64,000 bases of DNA from contig OZ281500.1 in NCBI GenBank assembly GCA_965637545.1, forward strand, positions 7,254,001-7,318,000, written 5' to 3'. Below are positions 35,732 to 47,740 of the stretch, one piece after another; position 1 is the stretch's first letter; every line of letters begins with the position of its first letter. The stretch is from Phallusia mammillata (lineage: Eukaryota). The notes beneath the pieces were generated by a model that ran no database searches, was not told the DNA's origin, and saw only the letters and a program-made list of their open reading frames with translations. Made by a program: the position numbers and the translations under genes.

Positions 35732-38700
35732 TTAAAATTCATTCGATTTCATTTCTTGTAGTGATTGGCGTTCTTCTGAATCACTTTTTTCTGACGTATG
35801 CATGCTTTTGTGACGTCGTGCAGCAAACACCGCCAAGATAAAGAATACCGCGTTGATGCAACTGAGAGCTGCTGCCAGATACATCTTTAAACAACAACAA
35901 AATAGTTAGCTAAACCAAACCATTTTTTGTAGAACATTCTGGCACCAATCTACTTACAACAGAGAAGGGGGATTTTTGGAAAAGCAAGCCACCGATTGGC
36001 AAAATAACAATACAACCCACCATTCCTCCAATTATAAAGAGAAACATGTATTTGCCGCTCACGTTGGTGACCTTTGACGCCCACGTGACACCTAAAACAA
36101 CACTTCTATAAATATATGCAGATCTTTACAAGTCTCTTAAAAAAAATTACCTGAAGGATATAACGGACCGACGAAAAACCCATGAGCACAAGATACAAGC
36201 CACGAAATCCATTTTGCTGACTGACCAAAAATGATCATAATAATCTTAAAAAACAAAAAAGGTATAGCCTATATTGTCAGAAACAAATAATGAAAATGCA
36301 CGATTGCTATTTACCATCATCGTAATAGTTCCACAGATGCTAAAAGTCGCAATATATCTCGGTTTCGTGAACGAAGCAGCAAAAATACCTAAACCTCTTC
36401 CAAAGAAAAATCCAACCCAATGCACGGAATTAATCACACTCGCTTCAGAAATCTAAAAACAAAACTCAATCGTAAAATCTGGTATTGTAGTTTCCGGTCC
36501 GTGCCCCAGTTTCAGGCCTGCTTAGAACTTAGGTATCATGTGCGGCCTTTTTAACATTTTAATCTTTTGTTACTAAGGCTCTGTGATCGAGGGCTCCAAA
36601 ACTCTGTTGTCGTGCTTATGGGATCACACTTAGATATTTGTAAACTGTAAGGCTTATTTGTCTACACTCTACAATATTATAGCATAACAATTCGGAGATC
36701 CTTTTGTTGTTGACTTTAAAAGTAGTCAACGTGTAAGGTCTGTCTGTTACCACTAAAATTAAAAGTACAAACAAAAGTGTAGAAAGTGTAAAAAAATATG
36801 TATCTTTATCGTACAAATTTCAAAACAACTCTATAGGTAAACTAAGGTAATAGCATCCATCAGATTTGTAAGCGGACCTCAACCCAAAAATACAAGTCAA
36901 AAACTTGGCACAAGTCCAAAAGCCGACAAAAGGCCGATTCGACTTACAACTCTTTTACCCAATTGTATATCTGCCCAAAAAAATGTACTTCGGTTTTACA
37001 CACCGTGAAATTCAAATCAGAACAAACTGATACGGAGAAAATAAAGTTGCTGAAGAGAACTTCATTGGAAACGTGACAGAAGTAATATCCGATAAGCGGA
37101 AGAAATATCCAGATGACGTCACGCAAGGGTTCCTCCTTTCTCGATTCCACAACAGCACCCACATTCTCCAAACTATAGTTAGAAGCCACTTTTCCTTTAA
37201 GAAGGGTATTCAATTACAAAGTCAAAAAATATATTGCCTAAATTCCAAACTTTAAAGAGAATTGTATGGGGGAGGATATACTTGCAAAAACAATCGCAGA
37301 CTTCTTCTACAAAAATGCTCACCGTTAAAATTTGTACGGGCCATCACAGCGACGATTGCAGCCAAAACAAAAAAGAAAATTCCAATGAGAATGTAAGTCC
37401 AACCAACTGGATTAAAGGCCTGAGAAACGTCAAGAACAACTTAAATTAAGGAACACTATACACGGACGAAGAGTAATTCAATCATAAACATATTAACTGC
37501 CAACATTGTGAATATAGAATGCATTATGCAGACGTTTATTTGTTTTCAACATAAACATTGTATTCTATATTCACAAGTTCGTTGGCAGTTATGTTTATGA
37601 TGAACTTAAATTATTTTTTTTTAAATGCGGCAAAATCTATACCGTGCTTGTTATCAGTGATGCATTTCCAGATGCATTGTCTGTGTGATTGTGACCCAGA
37701 CAATCTATTGAGTTGGACTCCTGTTCTCCATAGGCCTCCACAAGAAAAGGTTTGGCTAAACGCGGTGGGAAAAATGTTTCGGTGTGGTCAAGACAATTTG
37801 GTTGCAAGATTTAAACTTTCTCCTCCTTTTACAGCAATAAGAACTTATCAAGTTTGTAGAGAAATGTAATTTGCCAGAAGAGCTCTACAAACTTGATATT
37901 ATGCCTCGCAGCAATAGCTTAAATAAGATCTTAAGTTGAGCACAAACTAAATGAATGTAAAATGCATTTTATGCCAAACACGAACCAATAATTGGAGCAA
38001 CCAAGCCGCCGATGCCGATGGAAAAATGATAAATGTATATGAGAGGTCGAGAAGCAGTTGCTCCCCACAAACGTAATACAAGGGCTTGCAAACCTAAAAA
38101 ATATTGCCTCTTGTATATGCTACCAATCAATGTGATCAAATTTTGCTTTAAAACGATCTATGTTACAAATTTTTGTGGCTACGAGCGAATCAACAGATAT
38201 GTAACATTTTTTAACAGTGGTCTTGCATGACTCACCAACGTCTAAATAGCCGAACGTAATGCCACCAACCGCAATTATGACGAACATCAGCTCATAATTG
38301 GTGATCCAGGGAACGAAAAAGTTTGTCACTCCTTTCAGTAGTAGAAAAAATGCTGCAACAATCAGAACGAGCTATAAATGGAATTATATCTCAGGCTAAG
38401 CGTTGGAGGATATTGTAGACATTTAGTACTGTACCAAATTCAATTTCGATTGATCATTCTCTAAACAACGGTTTGCAAAACCTGCGGAGATTTAATACAC
38501 GTATTTATAACAATGGGTGCCAGTAGAAAAATATCCAGAGAGGGGCAAATTTTGACAAATACATAGCCTATACTTACATGGATATATTACTACAATGCCC
38601 CCTCTTACCCCTATACGTGCCGGCACCCATGTTCGTAATAACTCTTGCTAGGTATTTGGTTCCGAAAACTGGCCCTACAAAATTATAAAGATACAAGTTT

Positions 38701-39187
38701 CAAACAGACTGGGTAGACGCACGCGTCCATGAGCTTGCACGGTGGACACTGCTGACGGCTTTGGTAAAACAAGAATCTATAATTTGGGACTTGCGAAAAA
38801 GTTGTGCAACGTACCGCTATACTTTTATGTCAGCAGTCATACTGTCAAATAATAACTCGCCTGAAAAAGAGAGGGGATTTATCTTTCCTTGTGTCCAGCG
38901 GTAAACCAAACTAACCAGAAGGCCGCCAACAAGACATCCCCCAAACCTACCACTGAAAATGGATGAAAATTGTCGTACCTGCACATCCACCAAGTTGCTA
39001 AGGTAAAATAGGGTAGGGCCAGAAATGGCAAGGTAGTAACCCTGCGAATAACACAAACTAGTTAAAGTGGCGACTCTACAGTGGTGATTGTGTTGAACAA
39101 CATGAAAATCATATCACAAAATTTTACCATGCCAAAGCGAATCATAAACACGACCAAGAGAAGAAACAGGGCTTGAATCGACCGCAT
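35732..39187 (-). CDS. MFSD4/NaGLT1-like major facilitator transporter, copy B (about 461 aa)
   Basis: 11 exons: 39187-39128, 39041-38861, 38352-38236, 38093-37986, 37755-37643, 37419-37323, 37194-37004, 36452-36315, 36244-36151, 36091-35958, 35884-35732; 1386 nt in frame. Exon sizes equal copy A except exon 7 (+6 nt). Intron 2 has a GC donor. Confidence 0.82.
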
Positions 39188-40544
39188 TTCTTTTGAAAGA
39201 CTGAATGTTAAGTGTTAACAATTGCGTAACCTCGGCAGAACTCAACACGCACACCAATCTACATCTACAACCTCGTTCAAATGCCTAATCGGGATGTTGA
39301 TTATTTGAATCAATTTTTACCCAATTTAAATCACAAGGTGCAAAATCAACTTACGATAACTGAACATATAAGAGACCATTTTATGACAAGAAGATTAAAA
39401 ATGCCATGCAGCATGTCTTTCCAAACTTTTGTACTCCCCCAAAACAAATTATCTGACAGTTGGCCAGTATAGGCTGTTGAAATAAAGTTAAAAACTGCTA
39501 GTGAAACAATCATATGTCTGGGGTCGTTTCCTAGTGAATAACCATGATGCACTACGAAAATGCACATTGTTATGCTTAATTAAACTGAATTGCTCCATGT
39601 TTCCACTAATTCATCATTTTGAATAGAAAACACAATTTTTGCTTGATAATGGCTAACACTCTTATTTTGAGTTGAGTTGAGTTTATTTCGCCGGTGATAC
39701 AAATCGTAGCAGCACAATTGCACTAAAATATTCACCAAGCCGGAAATAGCTGCGCAACGTTGGGACGTTATAAAGCGCGACAAAGGTAAGGGCACAATTG
39801 GTGGAAAGATGATAAACGCGCTGCAGCTACACCGTTACTAATAGCGTCATGTCTCTGAGCCCTACATCCCTGACACTTATTTGAAAACATCAAAATTACA
39901 CAATTATTGAAAATTTCAAAAACCTGAATTCGATAACTGCTCTTCTGCTTTGGTCTAAATTGCTCTGCAAATGCTTACTTCTCCAGCTTTACATTGTTCT
40001 GGTAAATTGCCACCAATTGCCACCAATTGCCAAGATGAGTTACTATTTGCAAGTCATGCATTAACTCAGGCAAAACACATAATCAACTCAAATAATGGCG
40101 GAATGTAACTTGATCCTGTGTGCATTGCAGAATTTGAAAAATAGCTGATTTTAAGTTTTGTATTGAAATCTTAATTGCTGATCTACCATGTTTTTAAGTC
40201 CATACAAGTGAAAAAGACTGGTACTTCATGATAACATTCTACTCTATCAGCTTGATAACTGATCAATAAACTTTTCTGCCTTGCCCACAACAACAATATG
40301 TGTTTCAAGATATTGTGTATTATTTTCCTTTACACTCTAATAACACAAACATTTGCAGGCTGCAGTGCATAGTTCAAACATAAACAGTAAATTTCATCAA
40401 ACGTCTGGTTTTTCATAAAAAGTCCCAAAACAAGCATTAGTACAGTACGCAGCATTAGTGAATTACAAAGAAGTATAAATGAACCAATGAATTGCACACA
40501 ATAAAAGCGCCAAAATCAGTAGTTTCCCAAAATCAGTAGTATGC

Positions 40545-41294
40545 TTATGCAGCAACTTTGTCAATAAAAGTGGCAAGTTTAATGTCACGGTCAGAGAGTC
40601 CACCACAGTCATGTGTGCTCAAAGTAATCTGAACCTGAAATGTATGAAATATGTTAGGTGCTATAAACAACCTTGTCCAATAAATATGTTGAAAGAAACA
40701 CAACATTACTCAGCAGCAGTAGGATCAAACTGCTGTTTAATAAGTCAAATTTAAAATTAGGCATAGTAAGTTCATCTAGTACTGCGCAACAGTACAAAAA
40801 CATGCTAGTTACATAAATATATGCTAGTCTTTGCATAGAAATGGCCATCGTTTTAAACACAAAAAACTTAATTCAAAACCTACTTTGTTGTACACATTAA
40901 ACCATTCTGGATGGTGGTTGCTTTTTTCGGCTTGTAATGCAACCCTGGACATAAATCCAAATGCCTCATTAAAATCTTTGAACAAAAACTCCTTGTAAAT
41001 AGCATCTCTATTTTCCACCATTGTCCAGCCAGCTGCTTTAAGTGGATTGAGTAAAGAGGCACGTTGTTCTTCAGTAAGTTTCATAATGATCTTTTTAAAT
41101 TGTACCTAAAAAGAATTGCTGTTTGAAAGCGAGGTAAAACTTCAAATGCAACAATTCAATACGTTTGTATACAGTGTACTTACAGGAGTGCAGTGTATTG
41201 AAGCAAAACACGTTTTGGACCAAACCTCGTTTGCAATTGGAGATTTGACACGTGACAGGAAATATCGCATGTGCGATGTGCTTGCGACTAGCAT
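40545..41294 (-). CDS. PCBD: Pterin-4-alpha-carbinolamine dehydratase (PCBD/DCoH) with a possible N-terminal extension
   Basis: Core exons 41105-40884 and 40634-40545 read [74 protein letters not shown]. An in-frame upstream exon at 41294-41184 is plausible, and there is an internal ATG at 41084. Confidence 0.92.
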
Positions 41295-41760
41295 CCTGTC
41301 GTAAATAAAAATTCACTGCTAAAAAAAACTTCCAACCAGAATATTATTATTTGATTAGACACCATAAAGTTGCGCTCGCTCCGATTTACCTTGGGAAATT
41401 GCATCCAATGACCTAACAAACAAAAACAATAAATCAGTATCAATTAAACACGGTGAGTGGAACAAATCTTTACGTGTTTTTAAATTAATTCTTAGCTACC
41501 GGTAAATCAATCAATACAACAACATTGTTTTATATCCGCTATTCCGCTAGCGATTAAAATTACAATGCTGGACATTTTGCCCGCAAAGAATAAAAAACTG
41601 GAAACATGACGTATAATTCATAGGTCAAAGGTCGCTCATAACAAGTAAAATGGTGGAGGGAACATTTGAAACACAAAAACCAGCTGGTTTGCATTAAAGT
41701 TGATTTGTGAAACTAAAATTTATTTGCAGACTGAGTGACTGACATCAACAAGACGTAAAT
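41295..41760. promoter_or_regulatory. Bidirectional promoter region between PCBD and MAD2
   Basis: Head-to-head start codons about 470 bp apart. Contains a near-perfect DR1 element AGGTCAAAGGTCG at 41622-41634. Confidence 0.6.
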
Positions 41761-42819
41761 ATGGCTGCGGCTAAGCAATTGAACAAAATTACACTCAAAG
41801 GATCTGCTGCAATTGTTTCTGAGTTTTTCTGTAAGTATTATATGCTTTTGGATTGCATAGCGTTTATCAATGAAATGTTGGGATTGGAATAAAATGTTGT
41901 TAAAAAACTCAATTAAAACTTTGTTTGACACAAACAGTTCACGGTTTAAAATGTCAAAGCATACACAGTGATGATTCTTGTACCATCGCAAACTTTTTAT
42001 TGAGGATTTTAACTTGTCTATATCATTCACAGTTTATGGAATAAACAATATCTTGTATCAGCGTGGAGTTTATCCACCAGAGATGTTCAAGCAAGAAAAG
42101 AAATATGGCCTTACGATCCTTGTCAGTACTGATGAAACTTTGTTGACCTACCTAAATGATAATGTTTTGCCCCAATTACAAGGTAACGTAATGTTGCTCT
42201 CTTCTGTGTTGCCTTTGTTTTGCCAACGCCAACAACTATTTCTGCAAATAGAATGGTTGGAAAAAGGTGCAGTAAAAAGGCTTGTTGTTGTCATACGAGA
42301 GTCTGAAACAAATGAAACTTTGGAAAGGTGGCAGTTTGAAATTCAGTGTGAATCTGACAAAAGTGAAAATGGAAAACCAGCAACAAAGTATGAAAATTTT
42401 CTTTTTATTACCACTTCTTCACAAACTTAAACTGTGCTTTGACATTGTGTTTATTTATTTATTGTTGCTGTTAAGTATGTATTATTATTGAATTTGCAGA
42501 TCGAAAGAAACCATCAACTCTGAAATCCGGGCAGTTATTCGTCAAGTCACAGCAACAGTTACATTTTTGCCACTCTTGGAATGTCCTTGTAAGTCGATAC
42601 TATGTCCAAACTAGTAGATGCAAACACATGCATCTAATACTGTCATTTTTAGGTTCTTTTGATTTACTTTTTTACACTGACAAAAACTTGGAAGTATCTG
42701 AAAAATGGGAAGACTCCAGTCCTTGCTTAATACCTAACTCAGAAGAAGTTAAACTGAGATCCTTCTCCACATCTGTTCATAAAGTGGATGGCGCAGTGTC
42801 ATACAAGTTTTCAATGTAA
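41761..42819 (+). CDS. MAD2L1: Spindle checkpoint protein MAD2 (HORMA domain)
   Basis: Exons 41761-41830, 42033-42182, 42252-42387, 42500-42588 and 42653-42819. Motifs ITLKGSAAIVSEFF, YGINNILYQRGVYP, KKYGLT, LERWQF, EIRAVIRQVTATVTFLPLL, FDLLFYTD and RSFSTSVHKV. Confidence 0.95.
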
Positions 42820-42976
42820 CAGGATGTCACCATTTTTTACATTACTTTTGATTAATTTGATGACTTTTACTGCCAATTTATTGTTGACCTGATTCACTGC
42901 CCATTCAACATAATTTCTCATTTGCATGGCAATGATGTGTTTTATTAAAAAAATACATATAAAACCTTATTTAAAA

Positions 42977-45832
42977 TCACGCAGACACACCATAGCAAAT
43001 ATCTATGTGCTGATAAAAACTACCAATTGTTAAAGCTGTAAGAATGGCAAGCACAGTGTGGTGTAAAGGTACAGGATCCATGTGCAGCATTGTGGAACAG
43101 CTTTGTGCAAAGTTTTCAGACACCATGTTTAGAAACACACCTGAGAGGCAGCATGCAAATATATGAGCAGGAAAATAGTGGTGGAAGAACAGCACCCGCT
43201 TCATGAAGAAAAAAGGCCCATAGTGAATAAGCCAGGCAATTGCAAAACACCCACATACACCTATATCAATGTTGTATGTTAAACGATATTTTCTAGTATC
43301 AAAAAACTGTATACTGTATCTACATGTAAGCGCATAGACAACAGGAAACAAACACAGACTGAAAACATTGGTCCACCATACCAATGGTGTTCCATACAAA
43401 TAAACTTTTTCTGAAGATCGAGAGAATAATTGACCCTGTATGTATAAAAAACAACGCTATTTAATAGTGTTTGCCAAAGTTGTAAATAGTATTTGCCAAA
43501 ATTGTAAAAATAGTATGTTTTTATTTACCTCATTAAGCACTGGCCACTGCCAAGGCTTGGACCATTTGACACCACGTTTGGCAACCAGTCTGGAATTCAT
43601 GGCAAACATGACGCCATGTGATTCCAAAAGCTTTTGCCAAAAAGACAGAACTGGTATTGGTTTTGTTGAAACAGTCTTATTAAAGTTAATTACACTTTCA
43701 ACAAACCACCAGTTGTGATATGCAAGTCGTTGTTTGACACAAGTAACCTACCAAAAGAGTGCATGATTAGCACCAAAACCAAAGGTTGCAGATTTTGCTT
43801 ATTACCTCTCTTTGTTTCCAACCCCAGTCAGGAAGAGTTTGGTCACTCAAGTGTAAGTAGCAATGAGTTGCCACATTAATTAACCGGATTGGACACTCAA
43901 TGGGACATAGAGTCTGGTTTTCTTACAAATGAAAAATACAGTAGTACCTTGCCAAGTTACAAACAACCAAATGAACATTACCCAACATTTGAATCTTCCA
44001 CTGATCACTACCTTGTGCAACAAAACGACTTGAATTTTGCACAGTTGTGACAAGCAAATGGTTTGTAGACAAAGGAGCTGATGCCCATCGGTTGATGTCA
44101 TTTAACACCACTGCAAGTCTGGACTTTGTTTTAAGATGAGTTAGTTGCACTACATCACCATGTTTGATAGAGTTGGCTATGGTGTTATTCTGGCAAATAC
44201 ACAATTTGTTTACCAGAGTACTGAATTAACATGTTAGCAGACAACTTACTTCATTGTTATTAACCTTCATTATGTTCCAAATGTTGTTGGAGTCTTTTGC
44301 AAGATAGCCAGTTACCTAGATTGTCACATATACAGCTGTAACTTTAAATGTCATACTAGTAACAATATATTTTAATAGACAAAAGGAATTTTAACCTGTT
44401 GCAAATGTTGAGTATGCACAGAATCTGGGAATGGTCGATTGTGTGAGTGTAGAATAACTCCACCATAGTCACTGCTACGTAGTGTTATAAAGTTTTTTGA
44501 GGTTACAACTTTTGGGACAGTGGTATTGTGAAAGGGATTTCCTGATAAAAAAAATCTGGTTGTAAGTGCAGCTAGATACCAAAACAACATACGTACTCAC
44601 CCAACAAACTTGCCTGAAAGGATGTACTATATAAATCCGCACCCTTTCCATTGTTTACAAGAACTTTAAAATGCAACCAAAAGACAAAAATGTACAGAGC
44701 AATTGGTAAACAAATGAGACCAAACACTTTGGCACAAATATACTTCAGCAAAACAGACCATGAAATACTCTGCCAAAGCATAGTAGAACAACTAGAATAA
44801 GGATAAACGATTGAAAACAAAATAATGACAAACCTCAAACCACACAATAAAAAGGTCCCATAGAGTCCAGGCACCAACATAAATAACAGTTAAAACTCCA
44901 ACAAACTTTGTTGAAAGTGCACATCCAAGTAAGAAACCTGTACTTAATAGACACATCCACCATTTTATACTGAATCTGTACTTTTCCATGTTTCCTTTAA
45001 AAAAAGAAATGACTGGTAACATACATGTATCTATGATAAACATGTATATTAGGAAAGCAAACAATGTTCACCTTGTTGGATGGTCAGTTTTGCATTTGCT
45101 GCAACTGCTCCCATCATGAAAAACAACATAATTGAATCAAGCAGTATGTACTGGGAAAGTGTAATTAACCCACAATCGAAAGCCTACAACACAGATCATA
45201 AATACACTTCAACTTATGAAATGCATATTCTTGGGATGTATACTTACCAAAAACATAGAAGCTATGTAAGCACTACATTTGTTTTCAGTTAATGTTAAAA
45301 CAAGTTGAAAGATCAATGGAATTAACAAAGAACCAAACAAGGCAGAAAACAATCTCATTTTTACATAAGGCACCGATTCCTGTGTTTGGTTAATATTAGA
45401 ATATTCACTGGCACTGGAAAAAGCAAATGTGCCATCGTAGCCAAAAAGGTGTGCTGAAAAACAAAACTAATGTTAACTATGTTGCTAAATTTCCACAATA
45501 TTTATAAAGTAGGCTAAAAAGTTTTACCTGATCCAGCAATCAAAAGCTTTCCCAAAGGTGGATGCACATCAAAGAAAAATGTTTGTTTAATATAAAGGCC
45601 TGCCATTTTACCAAAGTGTGTTTCATCCCAACAAACATATGGTGGTGTTTCAATCATGTAATATCTGAAAATATTAAAAAAAGGTAGATAAAACATACAG
45701 CATCTTTTTTACCAGCAATAAATGGTTAAAACTTAAGCATAGGTAAACTGATTTGCATTACCGTGTTATAAAGCTGATAAGAGTAACAGCACCACAGGAA
45801 ATAAAACAATCATGTTTAATAAAATTCAACAT
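42977..45832 (-). CDS. POMT2: Protein O-mannosyltransferase 2 (PMT and MIR domains)
   Basis: Multi-exon gene, including exons 45832-45762, 45664-45528, 45453-45248, 45183-45072 and a last exon from about 43437 to 42977. Motifs [39 protein letters not shown] repeats ([20 protein letters not shown]), SKPWQWP and [17 protein letters not shown] is POMT2-type rather than POMT1-type. The start codon is uncertain. Confidence 0.88.
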
Positions 45833-46251
45833 GTTTAAAGAAAAATTAAAAAGACATCCTACTTCTGAAAAATATCATCATTATAAGCTAAGTATTCTTT
45901 AGTCTTGCATTTAGGATAAGCTGATCTGTTAGTGAGAGTTTTGCGAGATTGCTGTTAGTTGCATCGAAGACTGATTCAGTATCTCTAGTCAATACATCTA
46001 AAAACAGACTTTAAAGACTGCATGGCATGTTTTATGACGACTTAATTTAATAACTGCAGATGTTTAATTTCAAAATCTGTGCCATTTAATTTGTTAGACG
46101 AACTGCAGCCTTGTTAGGGTCAGAATGACTAAACGTTATGAAGCGAGGCCAGGGTCACTAATTTCGAAATATCTTGAAAAATATTACATAAAAGTTGCAA
46201 AAGGTACTACACTGTTGGTAAAATTGAAAAATATATAAAGGTGAAAATCAT

Positions 46252-46929
46252 TCAAGACTTTGCGTTGTTAAAAAATCTGTGCAATTGTTTTGCAGCCGAC
46301 TCTCCAACTACATCAGTTAAACTTGCTTGTGATGCATTTACTATGTTCTCAATGTTTTTGAACTTCTCCAGTAAAAGCTTTGCTTTTGTTTCACCAATTC
46401 GCGGAAACTTCAAAACAACAGACAAAATAGCAGCATCTGTATAAGCAGGACCTTGGGTTTTACCAACAAATGGATTTCTGCTAGGAGTTTTCATTGCCGA
46501 CATAACCATTTGACACAGGTAACTTGCAGCTTCCTTGCACCCATCAACACCTAAAATATTCATGTTGCAATCCAACACAATAAACTTTTGAATGTCCCAA
46601 AATTGAAAATGAGTTACATCTGTCTTGTCCACTAACACACATCGCTTTTGAAACCCTCTTGCGTTACGAAGTTTAGCAATTCTTCTTCTGTATGCTGCAG
46701 ATGAAACAATGTCTTTTTCTGTTACATACATCACACATGAATGACACGTTGGATGAAAATCAGCAACACCAATTTCACCCATTACTGAAATTGTCACCTT
46801 TCCTTTAAGATGCGACACCAAATCTGTATCTTTCCATCGTGGATGCAAAAGTAATGTTCCTGGAGGCACAGACAAACCTCGTCGCACAGGTGTGCACTGG
46901 GTGGTCGCGTAAGATGTTGACTTGGACAT
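46252..46929 (-). CDS. FAAP24: Fanconi anaemia core complex-associated protein 24, intronless, 225 aa
   Basis: Single ORF aligning end to end with recalled FAAP24: VPPGTLLLHPRW, CVMYVTEKDIV..AYRRRIAKLRN, IQKFIVLD, RNPFVGK, and the HhH motif FPRIGETKAKLLLEKF. Confidence 0.9.
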   Translation of the reverse strand: MSKSTSYATTQCTPVRRGLSVPPGTLLLHPRWKDTDLVSHLKGKVTISVMGEIGVADFHPTCHSCVMYVTEKDIVSSAAYRRRIAKLRNARGFQKRCVLVDKTDVTHFQFWDIQKFIVLDCNMNILGVDGCKEAASYLCQMVMSAMKTPSRNPFVGKTQGPAYTDAAILSVVLKFPRIGETKAKLLLEKFKNIENIVNASQASLTDVVGESAAKQLHRFFNNAKS

Positions 46930-47740
46930 AACAACTTCGTAAACAAAACAGGCCCGGTGTACTATTTTTACAGAAACATATATGTATTATGTATACATTT
47001 ACTCCTTGTGGTGATCTTCGCAAGGTTTTAGTGTTTGTTTTCAACAGACGCAACTTTTACGCGTGACTAACCTTAATATTTTTATGGTTAGTCATGCAAA
47101 TAAAAAAACACTTGTTTTCAAGGACTTATCATCCGATTAACTATTAATATAATTTAGACCGCAAAAATTTAACACAAGTAATTATCCACCAGTAACATGT
47201 TTGCGTCAACAAAACAAGTTCATGATTTGGTTCTTAATGCGTGATTAGCCACAACATTTATTTTGCAAATATACTTTTGAATGACTGATCAATACTATCC
47301 CTATTTTAGTATAGTTTCACTATTTTAGTAAAACTAGTAAAGTTGTTGCTTTGTTGATACGGGGTTAACACTGCCATACCGGGGCTGGAACCACACTTGC
47401 TGGGTTTACGACCCCCAAGTAAATCATTACCAAACCGCGAAATTCCGCCAAATGTAAATATCAAACCTTGTAGGTGTAGTAAGTTCTGTTTTAAGTCCAT
47501 GGTTCCGAATTCAATTCAGGATCTTTTTGCTTCGTTCTAAGGTACTTTTGAAAGAAGAAAGATTCACATCATTTATGTTGAATGGCTTTTGCCTTAGGTG
47601 TTTATATAGTTCCTGTTTTTTGAAACTGCTCCATAAGCAATTAGTTTCGCCGGTTGTAACATTATAGTAACGTTTCTGTTCAGTTTCTTAACCAGAAAAC
47701 ATCTGACTGAAATTATTAAATTATTGTTAGAGCCTAACAA

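Noticed and set aside
38511-38631. Short element with ATGGGTGCC inverted ends in intron 2 of MFS copy B
   Set aside because: Only a 9-bp inverted match and no TSD; too weak to call.
47373-47439. tRNA-like or SINE-head-like segment on the minus strand (GGTTCCAGCC resembling a T-loop, possible GTA anticodon loop)
   Set aside because: No acceptor stem or proper D-arm can be formed, and the B-box has a mismatch at a conserved position. At most a decayed SINE, and not supportable.
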